Made by a program: the position numbers and the translations under genes. The notes under the pieces were generated by a model that was given only the letters and a program-made list of their open reading frames with translations, did not search any database and was not told the DNA's origin. This document shows positions 18,161 to 28,210 of a stretch of DNA of 64,000 nucleotides, in pieces; position 1 is the first letter of the stretch, and each line of letters begins with the position of its first letter. Origin of the DNA: Terriglobia bacterium (GTDB lineage Bacteria; Acidobacteriota; Terriglobia; Versatilivoradales; Versatilivoraceae); assembly GCA_963665655.1 (NCBI GenBank), contig OY762429.1, positions 181,444 to 245,443 of the forward strand, given 5' to 3'.

Positions 18161-21100
18161 TCAACTAACATCGCCCGATAGAATCTCCCAAACCCTCCGG
18201 TATCCGATCCCTGATAAAGGTGCTCCTTCCGGCTTCGCTCGGTCCCATCCATCCGTACCCAGCTGCCTCAGGAAGCGCCTTGCCTGCCCAACCGAGTACC
18301 GACGCTCATCCACGCCAGCCACATCCCGGTAGAGCTTGCCTAGCGCCTCTGCGGCGCTCCGAGGGGCGAAATTCATCCTCATCAGCACCGCATCCTCGCT
18401 GCTCACGCCGTGATAGATCATGGCAGGAAGTGCATTGATCCGCCGTTTATCCGCATCCGAGAGTACGTCAAAGTCGATCCCCGACACCCGGCTGAGAGCC
18501 GAAATGCCCCAGGTCCCGCTGTTGGCGATGGTGCGATAGATTGCCCTGCAGGCATCCGTCAAGGCCGCTGTGCCAGCCTCGTCGTCATTCTCACGATGGA
18601 AATACTCTCTCGCTATCGCTTCCAACCCCTTTCCGTTTACCCAATCGTTGGTGATTTCGGAGATGCGAGTCCGGTCGGACCCCCTACTCCCTAGCTCCAT
18701 CAGATTTTGGCTGAGCTGTGGCACTCGTAACATGACTCCGAACAGGTCGGCCATTCTGCCGCCGCTGCCGAACAAGCTCTCTGGCGCCCAGTCCGACACG
18801 GTGAGCCTGCTCTCCAGGCGCCCAAAGCCACCCATTGCCGCCTGGACGCCTTCGGGCGAAAAGCCGGTAGAATCTGCAAGTTCCGCGATGCCCTCGGGCA
18901 TATCGGCGAGTTTGCGTACATATCTCTGGGTCGCATCCAGGAGGGCATCCGCCTTCTGTCGCTGCTGCGGATCATTCCTCATTGAGGTGTATCCGTAGGT
19001 CTGTCTCAGAAGCTGGTCTGAGTCCGCGAGCACCGCATCCAGGTTCTTCTTCTCGGCCCACAGGTGCGCGATGTAGCAGCGAAAGTCCTCCCACTGGTCC
19101 TTCCAGAGCACGTCCGACAGCTCCGCCAACGACCCTTGGGCCGCAAGCTCGTCAAGCAGCGCCACGAGACGGGAGACGAGCGCGCCGGTGCTCCGACTCA
19201 CGAACTCTATCAAAGCATCGCGATCAGTCCCTTCGGCCAGACCGACGACACCGACGCTGTCGTGGCCGATGCGCCCCGCGCGTCCGGCTAGGTTCCAGAA
19301 CTCCCGTGGGGCGATCTCCACCGAACTCCTTCCCTGCGGCATGTAGCGCGAGGACAGAAAGACCGACGACACCGGAAAGTTGATGCCTTGCGCGATCGTC
19401 GATGTCGCACACAGCATCCGAAGGCTGCCCGTCTCCGCAAGCCATTCCATCAGCGCTCGGACATCGTCAGACAGCCCTGCATGGTGCACGCCGACGCCCT
19501 TATCGAGCATACCAACAAGCCTGAAGTCAGCGCTGATCTCAGTGCGCAGGAAGTCCTGAACCAGCCTGATGTCCGACGGCAGGTCTTCCATCTCCGGAAG
19601 GCTCCGCGCCGCTTCCCCGGCCATCTTCCAAACTGTGCGAATGCTGTTGGCGACCGCAACGCTCGTGCCTCGCGCCGACATCACCGCGCCAATCGCTGCC
19701 GTCTGTAGCCCGAGACCCTTCTGCACGCCCCCCGTGAGCACCTGGCTTTTCGGTACGTCGATTGGCTTCACGCCTCCCACGCGGTGAGTTCCGTGTAGCG
19801 GCATAGCTTTTGCAGTCGTGGTCAGCGTATCGAAGTCGAGGCGCCACCCGCCGCGTGCGCTGTCATCACCCACCGCACGATACAGGCCAATGATCCGCTC
19901 GTTGGGCTTCCACGGAACCGTGCCCAGGCTGATTGCGTTGCCCGCATCGACATCCTGTGCCAGCCAGCGCGCTACTGACTCCGATCCTTCCACGTATGGC
20001 ATTAGCAGGAGGAAGTTTGCCTGTGGGCAATCCCTCTTGACCGTTGCCAACAACAGCTCGATCCGCAGGCCGCGCCCCTCGGACTCCAAGTTGTGGGCTT
20101 CGTCCATCACCACCAGCACGAGAGGACGATCTACCTTCCTGTTTCGGATCACCAGCGAAAGCTTCTCGGGCGTTGCGACCAAGATGTCGAACGGCTCGTC
20201 TCGTTCGGCGAGCAACTCTTCCTCGAAAGCGTCCACTTCGACTGCAGCGGTCAGTTGTTCAACCCGCAGCCCGATAGGCTCAAAGTCCGTGCGCAGACGC
20301 CGGGTGATCTGCGCCGACAACGCTCGGGTCGGGGTGAGGTAGACTACCCAACCACGGTTGGACTGGAACTGGTTCAGCGCTTGAAGAATCCGGAATTGCG
20401 CGAGCAGGGTCTTCCCGCCGGAAGTCGGCATATCAACCACGATTGCGGTCTTCGCTTGGTCGAGCAATCCTTGTTCGAGCAGCGCGGCGCGCTGCGGCGG
20501 CAAAAGCTCGAACATTGCTTGGTGTTCCCGATGCGTCAGCGAACGCACGAAGTCCGAGGTTCGCGAGTTAACCGTCCGCGTCGCCCACCAAAGCGAATTC
20601 GTTACCATGATCCGCGCTGTCGCATGCAGCCACCGGAGCACTACTTCGTGCTGCGCGTCGCCTGACGCGGCGGCTGCCTTAATCCCCGCCTCGAAGTGCT
20701 TGTCCAGCATGCCGAACGGATCACTTGGTTCGCCCTGTAGCATGTATCTGGCGAGCATCTCCGTCGCCTTCGCCCAGTTGTAGAGCGCCGCCAAGCGAAA
20801 GGCGATCATTCGGTCTACCGCCTCCGAACCATTTTGCAGGCGACGTTTCTCGTGAACGTTCTGGTCATTGCGCAAACCGGCGATGATCTCGCGGATACGA
20901 TCTAAATCGTCCCACCCGTCTTTGCGAAAGAGCCGGACCCAGCAATCGAACAGTCTGGACAGGAGCCTGCGGTCCCAGTCCACATCCGCCGCACTCGGAA
21001 CCGAAAGTGCCTCTTCCTGCTCCCGATACCATCGCCGCAAGTCCGGCCAACGGTCCCCGCAATAGGCGATCGCGGACAGCTGCAGAACGAAGAACAGACG

Positions 21101-21439
21101 TTCAAGTGTCTCTGCCGGCACCGGAAGGAGGCGGCGAAGGTCGAAGGCACGGAACGAAGCCGCCACCGCCTGATCGCGAAGGAGCTGGTTCGTTCCGGCC
21201 GGTCGGCTTAGTTCATCCAGACCCTCGATGGCTGCAAGCTCAAAAGCGAGCGCCACACGTTCGAGAACCGGTTGATCATCCGCACTCTCCACGAAGGAAA
21301 AGCTAATCTGCCTGCCGACTGCTCGTTGTGCCAGCCGTTGTTGAGCGAGATCGCACGCACGATCCAGCTCGTCCTGCCCGATGGCAGCAACCGCCCAATG
21401 TTCGTTAAGCGCCTGTAATGCTCTGTCCGACAGACTCAT
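18161..21439 (-). CDS. Ski2-like DEAH-box helicase, Hachiman B (HamB)-like
   Basis: PTSGGKT, VATPEK, MDEAH, HHAGL, ATSTIAQGINFP, NLAGRAGR; ATG at 21439 overlaps the upstream gene stop (ATGA). Confidence 0.8.
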   Translation of the reverse strand: MSLSDRALQALNEHWAVAAIGQDELDRACDLAQQRLAQRAVGRQISFSFVESADDQPVLERVALAFELAAIEGLDELSRPAGTNQLLRDQAVAASFRAFDLRRLLPVPAETLERLFFVLQLSAIAYCGDRWPDLRRWYREQEEALSVPSAADVDWDRRLLSRLFDCWVRLFRKDGWDDLDRIREIIAGLRNDQNVHEKRRLQNGSEAVDRMIAFRLAALYNWAKATEMLARYMLQGEPSDPFGMLDKHFEAGIKAAAASGDAQHEVVLRWLHATARIMVTNSLWWATRTVNSRTSDFVRSLTHREHQAMFELLPPQRAALLEQGLLDQAKTAIVVDMPTSGGKTLLAQFRILQALNQFQSNRGWVVYLTPTRALSAQITRRLRTDFEPIGLRVEQLTAAVEVDAFEEELLAERDEPFDILVATPEKLSLVIRNRKVDRPLVLVVMDEAHNLESEGRGLRIELLLATVKRDCPQANFLLLMPYVEGSESVARWLAQDVDAGNAISLGTVPWKPNERIIGLYRAVGDDSARGGWRLDFDTLTTTAKAMPLHGTHRVGGVKPIDVPKSQVLTGGVQKGLGLQTAAIGAVMSARGTSVAVANSIRTVWKMAGEAARSLPEMEDLPSDIRLVQDFLRTEISADFRLVGMLDKGVGVHHAGLSDDVRALMEWLAETGSLRMLCATSTIAQGINFPVSSVFLSSRYMPQGRSSVEIAPREFWNLAGRAGRIGHDSVGVVGLAEGTDRDALIEFVSRSTGALVSRLVALLDELAAQGSLAELSDVLWKDQWEDFRCYIAHLWAEKKNLDAVLADSDQLLRQTYGYTSMRNDPQQRQKADALLDATQRYVRKLADMPEGIAELADSTGFSPEGVQAAMGGFGRLESRLTVSDWAPESLFGSGGRMADLFGVMLRVPQLSQNLMELGSRGSDRTRISEITNDWVNGKGLEAIAREYFHRENDDEAGTAALTDACRAIYRTIANSGTWGISALSRVSGIDFDVLSDADKRRINALPAMIYHGVSSEDAVLMRMNFAPRSAAEALGKLYRDVAGVDERRYSVGQARRFLRQLGTDGWDRAKPEGAPLSGIGYRRVWEILSGDVS

Positions 21440-22245
21440 TCGCTTTCCCCTACCCGCATCGATATTATTGCCTCCCCAATACCATCCAGGCTCTCCTGTG
21501 GCAGGTAGAGCGCAAGCAGCTCGATACGCGTCCCTTTGGGACATCGAGCGCCAAGGCTGGTGACCCTCGCCCTCAGGTCATCCTGATGGGGTTCCACGTC
21601 ACGAACGAGGAATCCGTATAGCTGAATGTCGGATTTATTCCGCAGATATCTGCTTCCCGCACGCTCGAACCGCGCTCGCCATTGAGCCGACCCAGCGCGA
21701 TGACCGAGATATTTCAAGAGACTGTCGCGGATGGCCTCGTCGTCTCGCAGATCTTCCAGTTGCCGCTTCAACCCCGTACGACCGTACATCGCTCCCGGAG
21801 GATAACTGCGTTCACTAGATGTCTTCACTTCACCGAACGCGAGGCAGTCTCCTTCACCGTCGACGCCGAATCCGACCAGATCGGCGCCCGGCAGGCTGGA
21901 CCCGCTCTTTCTCTCGTCGCGTCCGTCTGGCCAGGGAAAGCTGCATGATCGATGGTCTGTCAGATAGGTTTCCGCAATCGCTTCTCCCACTCGCCAGTTC
22001 TCGATTTCGCGGGGATCCTCCAACACGCGACGCAGCCCGTCCCGGGAAAAGTCCGTCTCCGCCAAGGCGGCAAGGATTTCCTCGATGTTTGCTTTGCCCT
22101 TGTCATCGAAGACCACAGTTGCAACCCGGCCCTTCAGCGCTGGGAACAACTCTTTGTCCGACCATCGCTGGCCGATGCCCGAACAGCGAGTGCCACCGAT
22201 TCGGTAGACGATCTCACCTGCGCCAACTGTCACTGTCGCCCCCAT
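21436..22245 (-). CDS. PD-(D/E)xK nuclease, Hachiman A (HamA/DUF1837)-like
   Basis: VGEAIAETYL...PGADLVG...FGEVKTS pattern; translationally coupled to the helicase. Confidence 0.65.
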   Translation of the reverse strand: MGATVTVGAGEIVYRIGGTRCSGIGQRWSDKELFPALKGRVATVVFDDKGKANIEEILAALAETDFSRDGLRRVLEDPREIENWRVGEAIAETYLTDHRSCSFPWPDGRDERKSGSSLPGADLVGFGVDGEGDCLAFGEVKTSSERSYPPGAMYGRTGLKRQLEDLRDDEAIRDSLLKYLGHRAGSAQWRARFERAGSRYLRNKSDIQLYGFLVRDVEPHQDDLRARVTSLGARCPKGTRIELLALYLPQESLDGIGEAIISMRVGESE

Positions 22246-22308
22246 GTCAGCTCGACGAACTCGATGCCCACCTGCACCAGTACTTGTACTATGTGTTCCA
22301 GCCGTCCG

Positions 22309-22800
22309 CTAGCTTGGCCGTTCCCCCGCTTCCCAAATTGGGTATGCGAGATCGTCAAACAATCGATTCATTAGCGAGGAGGTGAGTGCTGCGGCGGACG
22401 CGGCGGCGAGACTAGCGGCCACCGTTGTCTCTCGAAATCGCTGGATTGTCTCAGCGTAAAGTGCTTGCCGTGAAACTGGTGGTACAGGGACCGGAAAGTC
22501 ACCAAGCTGGCTCTTGTTTATGCTTGCGATACCCGTGGTCCTCTTGGCAACCGAAATGAAATATGCCTTGCCGTAAGCACTGCCGACGATTTCTCTAAGG
22601 TAGTCCGTTAACACGACCTCAGCATGTGGTCGAACGCGGAAAACATGGTTTTGGTGAGCACAATAAGCCAGTTCACCGTTCCAGACAGCGGCCCGTCCCA
22701 GTTTATCCGGGTCACCGCCTTCCGTCATGACGAGATCACCCGGAGCTAATGCAAATTTGCGCTCTTCGCCGCGTCGGATAGTTATTGTCTTGATCTCGCT
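22309..22800 (-). pseudogene. hsdS: Type I restriction specificity subunit, 3' fragment truncated by IS630
   Basis: GDLVMTEGGDPDKLGRAAVW...HQNHVFRVR...TTGIASINKSQL..FPVPVPP..Q (TRD plus conserved region). Confidence 0.85.
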
Positions 22801-22801
22801 A

Positions 22802-23972
22802 ATGTACTGTCCGACAATTAAGTTGACTAATACAGTAATGGGCCGTAGGCTTGTCTCATGGCCCGGCTCGTATCGATTCTCGATATCACCGAAACAGAGC
22901 GAACAGAACTCCAACGACGCCTCAACTCCCCCACGACGACCCAGCGAGACAGCCTGCGGGCCGCCATTGTGTTACGGCGTGGAGAAGGCATCAAGCAAGA
23001 GCAGGTGGCCGAACAACTCGGCGTCAGCAAGGCCTGTGTCAACAAGTGGTCCCAGCGCTTCGAGCGTGAGGGTTTGGAAGGTCTGAAGGACCGAACAGGA
23101 CGAGGGCGACCGGCCTCGATCCCCGCGCACAAGGTGGAGCAAGTGATCACCCAGGCCACCCAGCCGCCCCATCCGCGCCAGCGATGGAGTGTGCGCACCA
23201 TGGCGAAGGCCGTCGGGATTTCGCCCGACAGCGTCCACCGCATCTGGCGGGCCAACGACATGAAGCCCCATCGGGTGGAGACCTTCAAGCTCTCCAGCGA
23301 CCCGCGATTCGAGGAAAAGTTCTGGGATGTCATCGGGTTGTACCTGCATCCGCCTGAGAGAGGCCTGGTGCTTTGCTGTGATGAGAAGAGTCAGTGTCAA
23401 GCCCTGGAACGCACCCAACCGGGGTTGCCTCTGGGGGTGGGGCGAGTGCGCACCCAAACCCATGACTACAAGCGACACGGAACCATCACGTTGTTTGCGG
23501 CCTTGAACTATCTGGACGGCAAGCTGATTGCCCGAACCGAAGCCCGCCACACCCATGTGGAATGGTTACGGTTTCTCAAGCAGATCGACCGGGAAACCCC
23601 CAAACAGTTGGAACTGCACCTGATCATCGACAACTACGGCACGCACAAGCATGAGAAGGTCCAGCAATGGTTGCGGAGGCGTCCCCGATTCCACCTGCAC
23701 TTTACGCCGACCGGTTCGTCGTGGCTCAACCTGGTGGAACGCTTCTTTGGCGAACTGACCCAGGATGTGCTTCGGGACGCCAGCTTCACCAGCGTTGGGG
23801 AGTTGGTCAGCCACATCGAGAGTTACCTGATAGAAAGAAACCTGAATCCTAAGCCCTACCAATGGAAAGCGAAGGGCGTCGACATCCTGCGTAAGATCCA
23901 GCGTGCCCGACAGGCCTTGGATGCCCCAAGGGAAGGTAATAATTAATACTACTTAATTATCGGACAGTACAC
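22802..23972 (+). mobile_element. IS630-family insertion sequence
   Basis: IRs atgtactgtccgacaattaagt / acttaattatcggacagtacac, each flanked by TA. Confidence 0.93.
22858..23946 (+). CDS. IS630-family transposase
   Basis: HTH N-terminus, CDEKSQCQAL, THDYKRHGT, DNYGTHKH, FTPTGSSWLNLVERFF. Confidence 0.95.
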   Translation: MARLVSILDITETERTELQRRLNSPTTTQRDSLRAAIVLRRGEGIKQEQVAEQLGVSKACVNKWSQRFEREGLEGLKDRTGRGRPASIPAHKVEQVITQATQPPHPRQRWSVRTMAKAVGISPDSVHRIWRANDMKPHRVETFKLSSDPRFEEKFWDVIGLYLHPPERGLVLCCDEKSQCQALERTQPGLPLGVGRVRTQTHDYKRHGTITLFAALNYLDGKLIARTEARHTHVEWLRFLKQIDRETPKQLELHLIIDNYGTHKHEKVQQWLRRRPRFHLHFTPTGSSWLNLVERFFGELTQDVLRDASFTSVGELVSHIESYLIERNLNPKPYQWKAKGVDILRKIQRARQALDAPREGNN

Positions 23973-23974
23973 TA

Positions 23975-24295
23975 CGATCTGGCAGTCCGCCGGTGCGACA
24001 GCGCGCCCTGCGAACCGGCGCTTGGCGGCAATGACCGCATAGGCGCGTGCCGCCGCGCTGTCAAACGGCAATATGCGGTTCTCGAAGGCCGTGTGCAGCA
24101 TCTCCTCGATATCCGCGACGAGCGTCTCACGGCGCCGGCCTGCCGGCATGATGGCGGCCCCATAGCGCAGTTCGGACTCGCCAACCGCCGAGAAGAACAG
24201 GTCCTCAACGGGATAACCGGCAACCCAAGCCTCGACGCTGAGTCCGGCGACGCGCGCATCAATTCGGATACGACGTTGGTGTCAAGCAAGATCAC
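23975..24295 (-). pseudogene. VapC/FitB-like PIN toxin, frameshifted and 3'-truncated by IS630
   Basis: MILLDTNVVSELMR, then after a frameshift ...ELRYGAAIMPAGRRRE...ILPFDSAAARAYA...DCQI running into the IS end. Confidence 0.85.
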
Positions 24296-24305
24296 GGCTG
24301 CTTAC

Positions 24306-24548
24306 TCAATCGAAGGACGGCGGCTCGCGGCCTGCATCGCACGGTGGCAACTCAAGATCCACGCCGTTGGACGGCCCGAAGTGCGCGCGGATGATGTTCG
24401 CGAGGTTTTTGGAACTCGGCTTGCGTCCGACCGCATCCCGGAGGATCAAGCGCGCCTCCTCTTCCATGGAACGGCCGTTGCCCGCCGCACGTACACGCAG
24501 CCGGGATTTAACATCGTCGTCGAGATTGCGGATCGTGATGCTAGCCAT
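24306..24548 (-). CDS. FitA-like ribbon-helix-helix antitoxin
   Basis: MASITIRNLDDDVKSRLRVRAAGNGRSMEEEARLIL. Confidence 0.9.
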   Translation of the reverse strand: MASITIRNLDDDVKSRLRVRAAGNGRSMEEEARLILRDAVGRKPSSKNLANIIRAHFGPSNGVDLELPPCDAGREPPSFD

Positions 24549-24633
24549 TGTTACACCTCCGGGACTCAAGCCTATACGACGATTGCGTTGCAATCAAGGC
24601 GGTTTCCTTCGCATCCACTCCAGAACGTGGGAA

Positions 24634-24752
24634 TGCACGGTCATTTGGGTAGTCTGCGTTCGGTGCTCGACCGGCTACTAAATGTGGCCTGCGCCATGTT
24701 GCATGGCGGAACCTGTTTCGACCCGCACTGCATTCGGGTTGTTGATGCCTGA
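24634..24752 (+). pseudogene. C-terminal remnant of an IS110-family recombinase
   Basis: HGHLGSLRSVLDRLLNVACAMLHGGTCFDP resembles IS110 C-termini (GH.H..ALR.V.DRLL.V.CAML..GT.FDP). Confidence 0.55.
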
Positions 24753-25378
24753 GTCGGGGTCTCGTGCGCATAGCACACCGCCTGTGGTCGACGTGGCGGT
24801 CTCGGCTTCCTGGCCGACTCGATAGCCTTCCCGCCAAGGATCACTGTGGAGTGAGCGACCCCCACGAAAAAGGGGAGGGGTGGTGGTGGCGTGCACCACC
24901 TACCCCTGCCCGGTGGCGCACCAGCGGCCAAGAAATGGGGTCGCTCCCTCCACCATCTCCCCCTCCCGTACGGCGCCACGACGCGCCGGGCGAGGCGAGG
25001 ACACCCTGGCACCGCGCCTCACGGCACTCTACCGCGGAGGATTTGGGGAATCCGTGCTAACCCGCGTCCTATAAAGATAACAGACAATTTCTACTCCCCC
25101 CTATTCTTGTTCGGACTAGGATCTCTTCTTGTGCGTCATACCTGGAACAGGTACTATATATGCTTGGTTTTGGTGTCTCAGTACCCCACATGTAGTACTC
25201 GACCGTGGCTGCGTTCGAAAAGCTAAGATTAGCCAGGCAGCAAGCGCAACGGCGGCGCACGGGAGGGATATTTGAAGGGTGCGTTGGGTCAGGTTTTGGG
25301 GGAAACCAGGACGCACCTGCGTGGGGTAGATTCCTGTCGAACAGCGGAAACGGACAGGAAACGTTAGGGCGATCGGCG

Positions 25379-26302
25379 ATGAAAAATATGACCACGGTCG
25401 AGAAAGCAAATTGGACCGAGGCGAAGGGCATTCAGCGAACACGCAGCCTGCCCGACCCGAAACTCGGTGCCTTGTGGGACTCGATCATTCTCGACGAGGC
25501 GCTGAAGACGCAACTCCTCTCCCAGGCGGTCCTGAATTTCACGTTACGCAGCAAGGTCGGCCGCACAGTCCTTCCGTTGCACGGAGCAATTTTGCTCGTT
25601 GGGCAACCCGGAACCGGCAAGACCTCGCTTGCGCGAGGACTAGCGCATCGCACGGCTGAATCTTTCCAGTCTCAGGACTTCCGCCTGCTCGAAGTCGAAC
25701 CGCACGCTCTGACGAGTTCGGCAATGGGTAAGACTCAACGAGCGGTAACCGACCTCTTCTCACAGTCGATAGCCGAAGCGGCCGCTACAGGTCCGACCAT
25801 CGTGTTGCTGGATGAGGTGGAGACCCTGGCTGCCGACCGTTCGAAGCTGAGTCTTGAGGCCAATCCGGTCGATGTCCATCGCGCGACTGACGCTGTGCTA
25901 ATGCAGCTCGACATGCTTGCCGATGATCATCCGAATCTGCTGTTTCTCGCGACCAGCAATTTCCCACAAGCTATCGACACTGCTTTCACCTCGCGGTGCG
26001 ACCTCGTGTTGCGTGTGCCCTTGCCCGACTGCGAGGCCTGCAGCCGGATACTCAAGGAGTGCTTAATCGGTCTCAGCAGGGTGTTTCCGGCAATCGGCAA
26101 GCTTGCTAATTCGGAACAGTTTGAGAGGTGCGCAAGGGAATGCGTGGGTCTCGACGGGCGGGCGATCCGCAAGATGGTGGCGACGGCACTCGCCAGCAGT
26201 CCGCAGACTGCACTGGACCCGGAGCGCATCACGATAGAGGATCTGCTTGCTGCTGCGCGTGCTGCCAAGGCCAGCCGCCAAATCGGAGGCGAAGCAGTAT
26301 GA
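25379..26302 (+). CDS. cap6: CBASS TRIP13/Pch2-like AAA+ ATPase (Cap6)
   Basis: GQPGTGKT Walker A, LLDEVETLAADR Walker B, DVHRATDAVL, ATSNF; first gene of the HORMA operon. Confidence 0.9.
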   Translation: MKNMTTVEKANWTEAKGIQRTRSLPDPKLGALWDSIILDEALKTQLLSQAVLNFTLRSKVGRTVLPLHGAILLVGQPGTGKTSLARGLAHRTAESFQSQDFRLLEVEPHALTSSAMGKTQRAVTDLFSQSIAEAAATGPTIVLLDEVETLAADRSKLSLEANPVDVHRATDAVLMQLDMLADDHPNLLFLATSNFPQAIDTAFTSRCDLVLRVPLPDCEACSRILKECLIGLSRVFPAIGKLANSEQFERCARECVGLDGRAIRKMVATALASSPQTALDPERITIEDLLAAARAAKASRQIGGEAV

Positions 26303-26775
26303 CTACGGTTGCGCGACGGGCTTTCCGGAGCACACCTGAACGCGACGCGTTCAGAACTTGGACCGTGATCGTCGACCTGCTTACGCAGGGCAAAGAGGGC
26401 GCGGCGCAGACAGAATTGCTTGCGGTCGCCGGCGTTGCCACGAGCGTGATAGCTGATCAAGCACCTAGTGACGCGCCAATAGTCGTAACCTGCGATGGGC
26501 CGCGCACGCGTATCTACTGCCTCTATGACGACGACGCGATTGACGGTTCCGACGCCAAAGAGGATTCGCTTGGTTTCGATCCACTCCAGGGGAATTGGCA
26601 CGTGTCGCTTCCATGTCAGGCCGAGGACCTGCCTTGGGTTGAAGAAGCGCTTAAGCGCCACAGTAGCCGGATCACGGCGCGGGATCTAACTGAGCCAGCC
26701 TTCAAGAAAGAATCTTCAGACACCGCAAAAGCACAGAATCTAGTCTTGGACCCAAAGGGATTCCTCGGATCATGA
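26299..26775 (+). CDS. cap8: CBASS HORMA protein (Pseudomonas HORMA3/Cap8-like)
   Basis: [17 protein letters not shown]...[17 protein letters not shown]...[12 protein letters not shown], recalled similarity to P. aeruginosa HORMA3; ATGA coupling. Confidence 0.82.
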   Translation: MTTVARRAFRSTPERDAFRTWTVIVDLLTQGKEGAAQTELLAVAGVATSVIADQAPSDAPIVVTCDGPRTRIYCLYDDDAIDGSDAKEDSLGFDPLQGNWHVSLPCQAEDLPWVEEALKRHSSRITARDLTEPAFKKESSDTAKAQNLVLDPKGFLGS

Positions 26776-27272
26776 CCACCGTTGCCGTCAACACCTACAC
26801 GCATTCCGTCACCTATGTGGCGGACAACATCCTAAAGAGCATGAAGGATATCATCCGGCTCAGTGGCCTTGATCCCACGAACATGGTCAATGACTGGTCA
26901 AGCAATATGCGAGCGATTCAGACTTGGCTCCATTCGGGGCATCTTGAGGTTGTCGTCCTTGAGATCTTCAACCCGAGGACCGACGCGCTCGTTGGGCGCT
27001 GGGATATCGACGTAATCTATACGACGGGACTGGGCGACGGCGGCTTCTGGACGGACACCGAACAGATCAAGTTCCACGTGCGCAAAGCAGGACTGGCGCG
27101 GAGCGAAGCCAGGTATCGGCTGGTGCTGCAAACCAAATCTGGGAGACCTGAGGTTGATGGATGGGGGCCTACGCAATACCGATCCACCGAAGGCTTCGTG
27201 CGGCACAACCTGGGCTCGACAATCGAGTATTACGGTCTGGGCGGCAGCGCGGCTTACTGGAGAAAAAACTGA
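26772..27272 (+). CDS. cap7: CBASS HORMA protein (Pseudomonas HORMA2/Cap7-like)
   Basis: [26 protein letters not shown]...RWDID...FWTDTEQ, recalled similarity to P. aeruginosa HORMA2. Confidence 0.85.
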   Translation: MTTVAVNTYTHSVTYVADNILKSMKDIIRLSGLDPTNMVNDWSSNMRAIQTWLHSGHLEVVVLEIFNPRTDALVGRWDIDVIYTTGLGDGGFWTDTEQIKFHVRKAGLARSEARYRLVLQTKSGRPEVDGWGPTQYRSTEGFVRHNLGSTIEYYGLGGSAAYWRKN

Positions 27273-28171
27273 TGCTGACCATCAACGAGGCTTTCCGGAA
27301 ATTCAAGAGCCGACTCGAACTGAACGAGCGGGAACAGAAAAACGCGTCTGCAAGGCATACGGAAGTACGGAACTTTCTCAACTCCAAGTTCGAGGTTGAC
27401 CGAAGTTTCTTGACCGGGTCTTACGCTCGCTACACCAAAACGAAGCCGCTGAAAGATGTCGATATCTTTGTGGTATTGGAAGAAGACGAAAAGCACTACC
27501 GTTCAAAGTTGCCCTCAGCGGTGATCGGCGACTTCTTTGATGCTTTGGTCGAGAAATACGGCAAGGATGCTATCCACAAGCAAAGCCGTTCAGTCAATGT
27601 CGATTTCGGTGTCGTCGTCGACGCTGATGACAACACCGACTATCGCGTGGTCAGCGTGGATGTCGTGCCGGGATTCAAAGCTGGCAATGACTACGAGATC
27701 CCCGACAACGATACAGGGAATTGGATCAAGACCAATCCTCAGGTCCACGCAAGTAAAGCGACGGCGGCGCACCAAGCCTTTTCGAATGAGTGGAAGGGCT
27801 TGGTTCGGATGGTGAAATATTGGAACAACAACGCCAGGCACGGCGAGAAGCCGGTCAAACCGTCGTTTCTCATCGAGGTCATGGCGCTTCAATGCCTTTA
27901 CGGCGGCTGGCAAGGGCGCTTCGATTACGAGGTCCAGGGGTTCTTCTCAACCCTCTCGGATCGTATCTTCGACGAATGGCCCGATCCAGTTGGTCTGGGG
28001 CCGGCAATCAGCGACGGCATGGTTAGAAGCCGCAAGCAGCGGGCGCGCGAACTGCTGATGGCGGCGAGCAGCGAAGCGACAATCGCAATCGATCATGCAC
28101 GTCGTGGGCGAAACGGAGAGGCACTGAAGCGCTGGCGAGCGCTGTTCGGGCCGAAGTTTCCTCTCTCTTGA
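27272..28171 (+). CDS. cdnD: CD-NTase cyclic oligonucleotide synthase, CdnD-like
   Basis: [47 protein letters not shown] (GS..D.D nucleotidyltransferase motif), DVVP, WIKTNP. Confidence 0.92.
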   Translation: MLTINEAFRKFKSRLELNEREQKNASARHTEVRNFLNSKFEVDRSFLTGSYARYTKTKPLKDVDIFVVLEEDEKHYRSKLPSAVIGDFFDALVEKYGKDAIHKQSRSVNVDFGVVVDADDNTDYRVVSVDVVPGFKAGNDYEIPDNDTGNWIKTNPQVHASKATAAHQAFSNEWKGLVRMVKYWNNNARHGEKPVKPSFLIEVMALQCLYGGWQGRFDYEVQGFFSTLSDRIFDEWPDPVGLGPAISDGMVRSRKQRARELLMAASSEATIAIDHARRGRNGEALKRWRALFGPKFPLS

Positions 28172-28210
28172 CCTGTGGCACTAGAGTAGTGCCATGGGCA
28201 ATGATAGATA

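Noticed and set aside
21440-21544. Extended N-terminus of the 1127-aa helicase call
   Set aside because: It overlaps the HamA-like gene by over 100 bp; the ATG at 21439 gives clean ATGA coupling.
22801-22914. Apparent start of the hsdS ORF (MEFCSLCF...)
   Set aside because: These codons lie inside the IS630 left end; real hsdS similarity stops at about 22800.
25205-25378. Long N-terminal extensions on cap6, and likewise cap8 (26128) and cdnD (27161)
   Set aside because: Low-complexity read-through; downstream ATGs with overlapping stop/start codons fit the known proteins.
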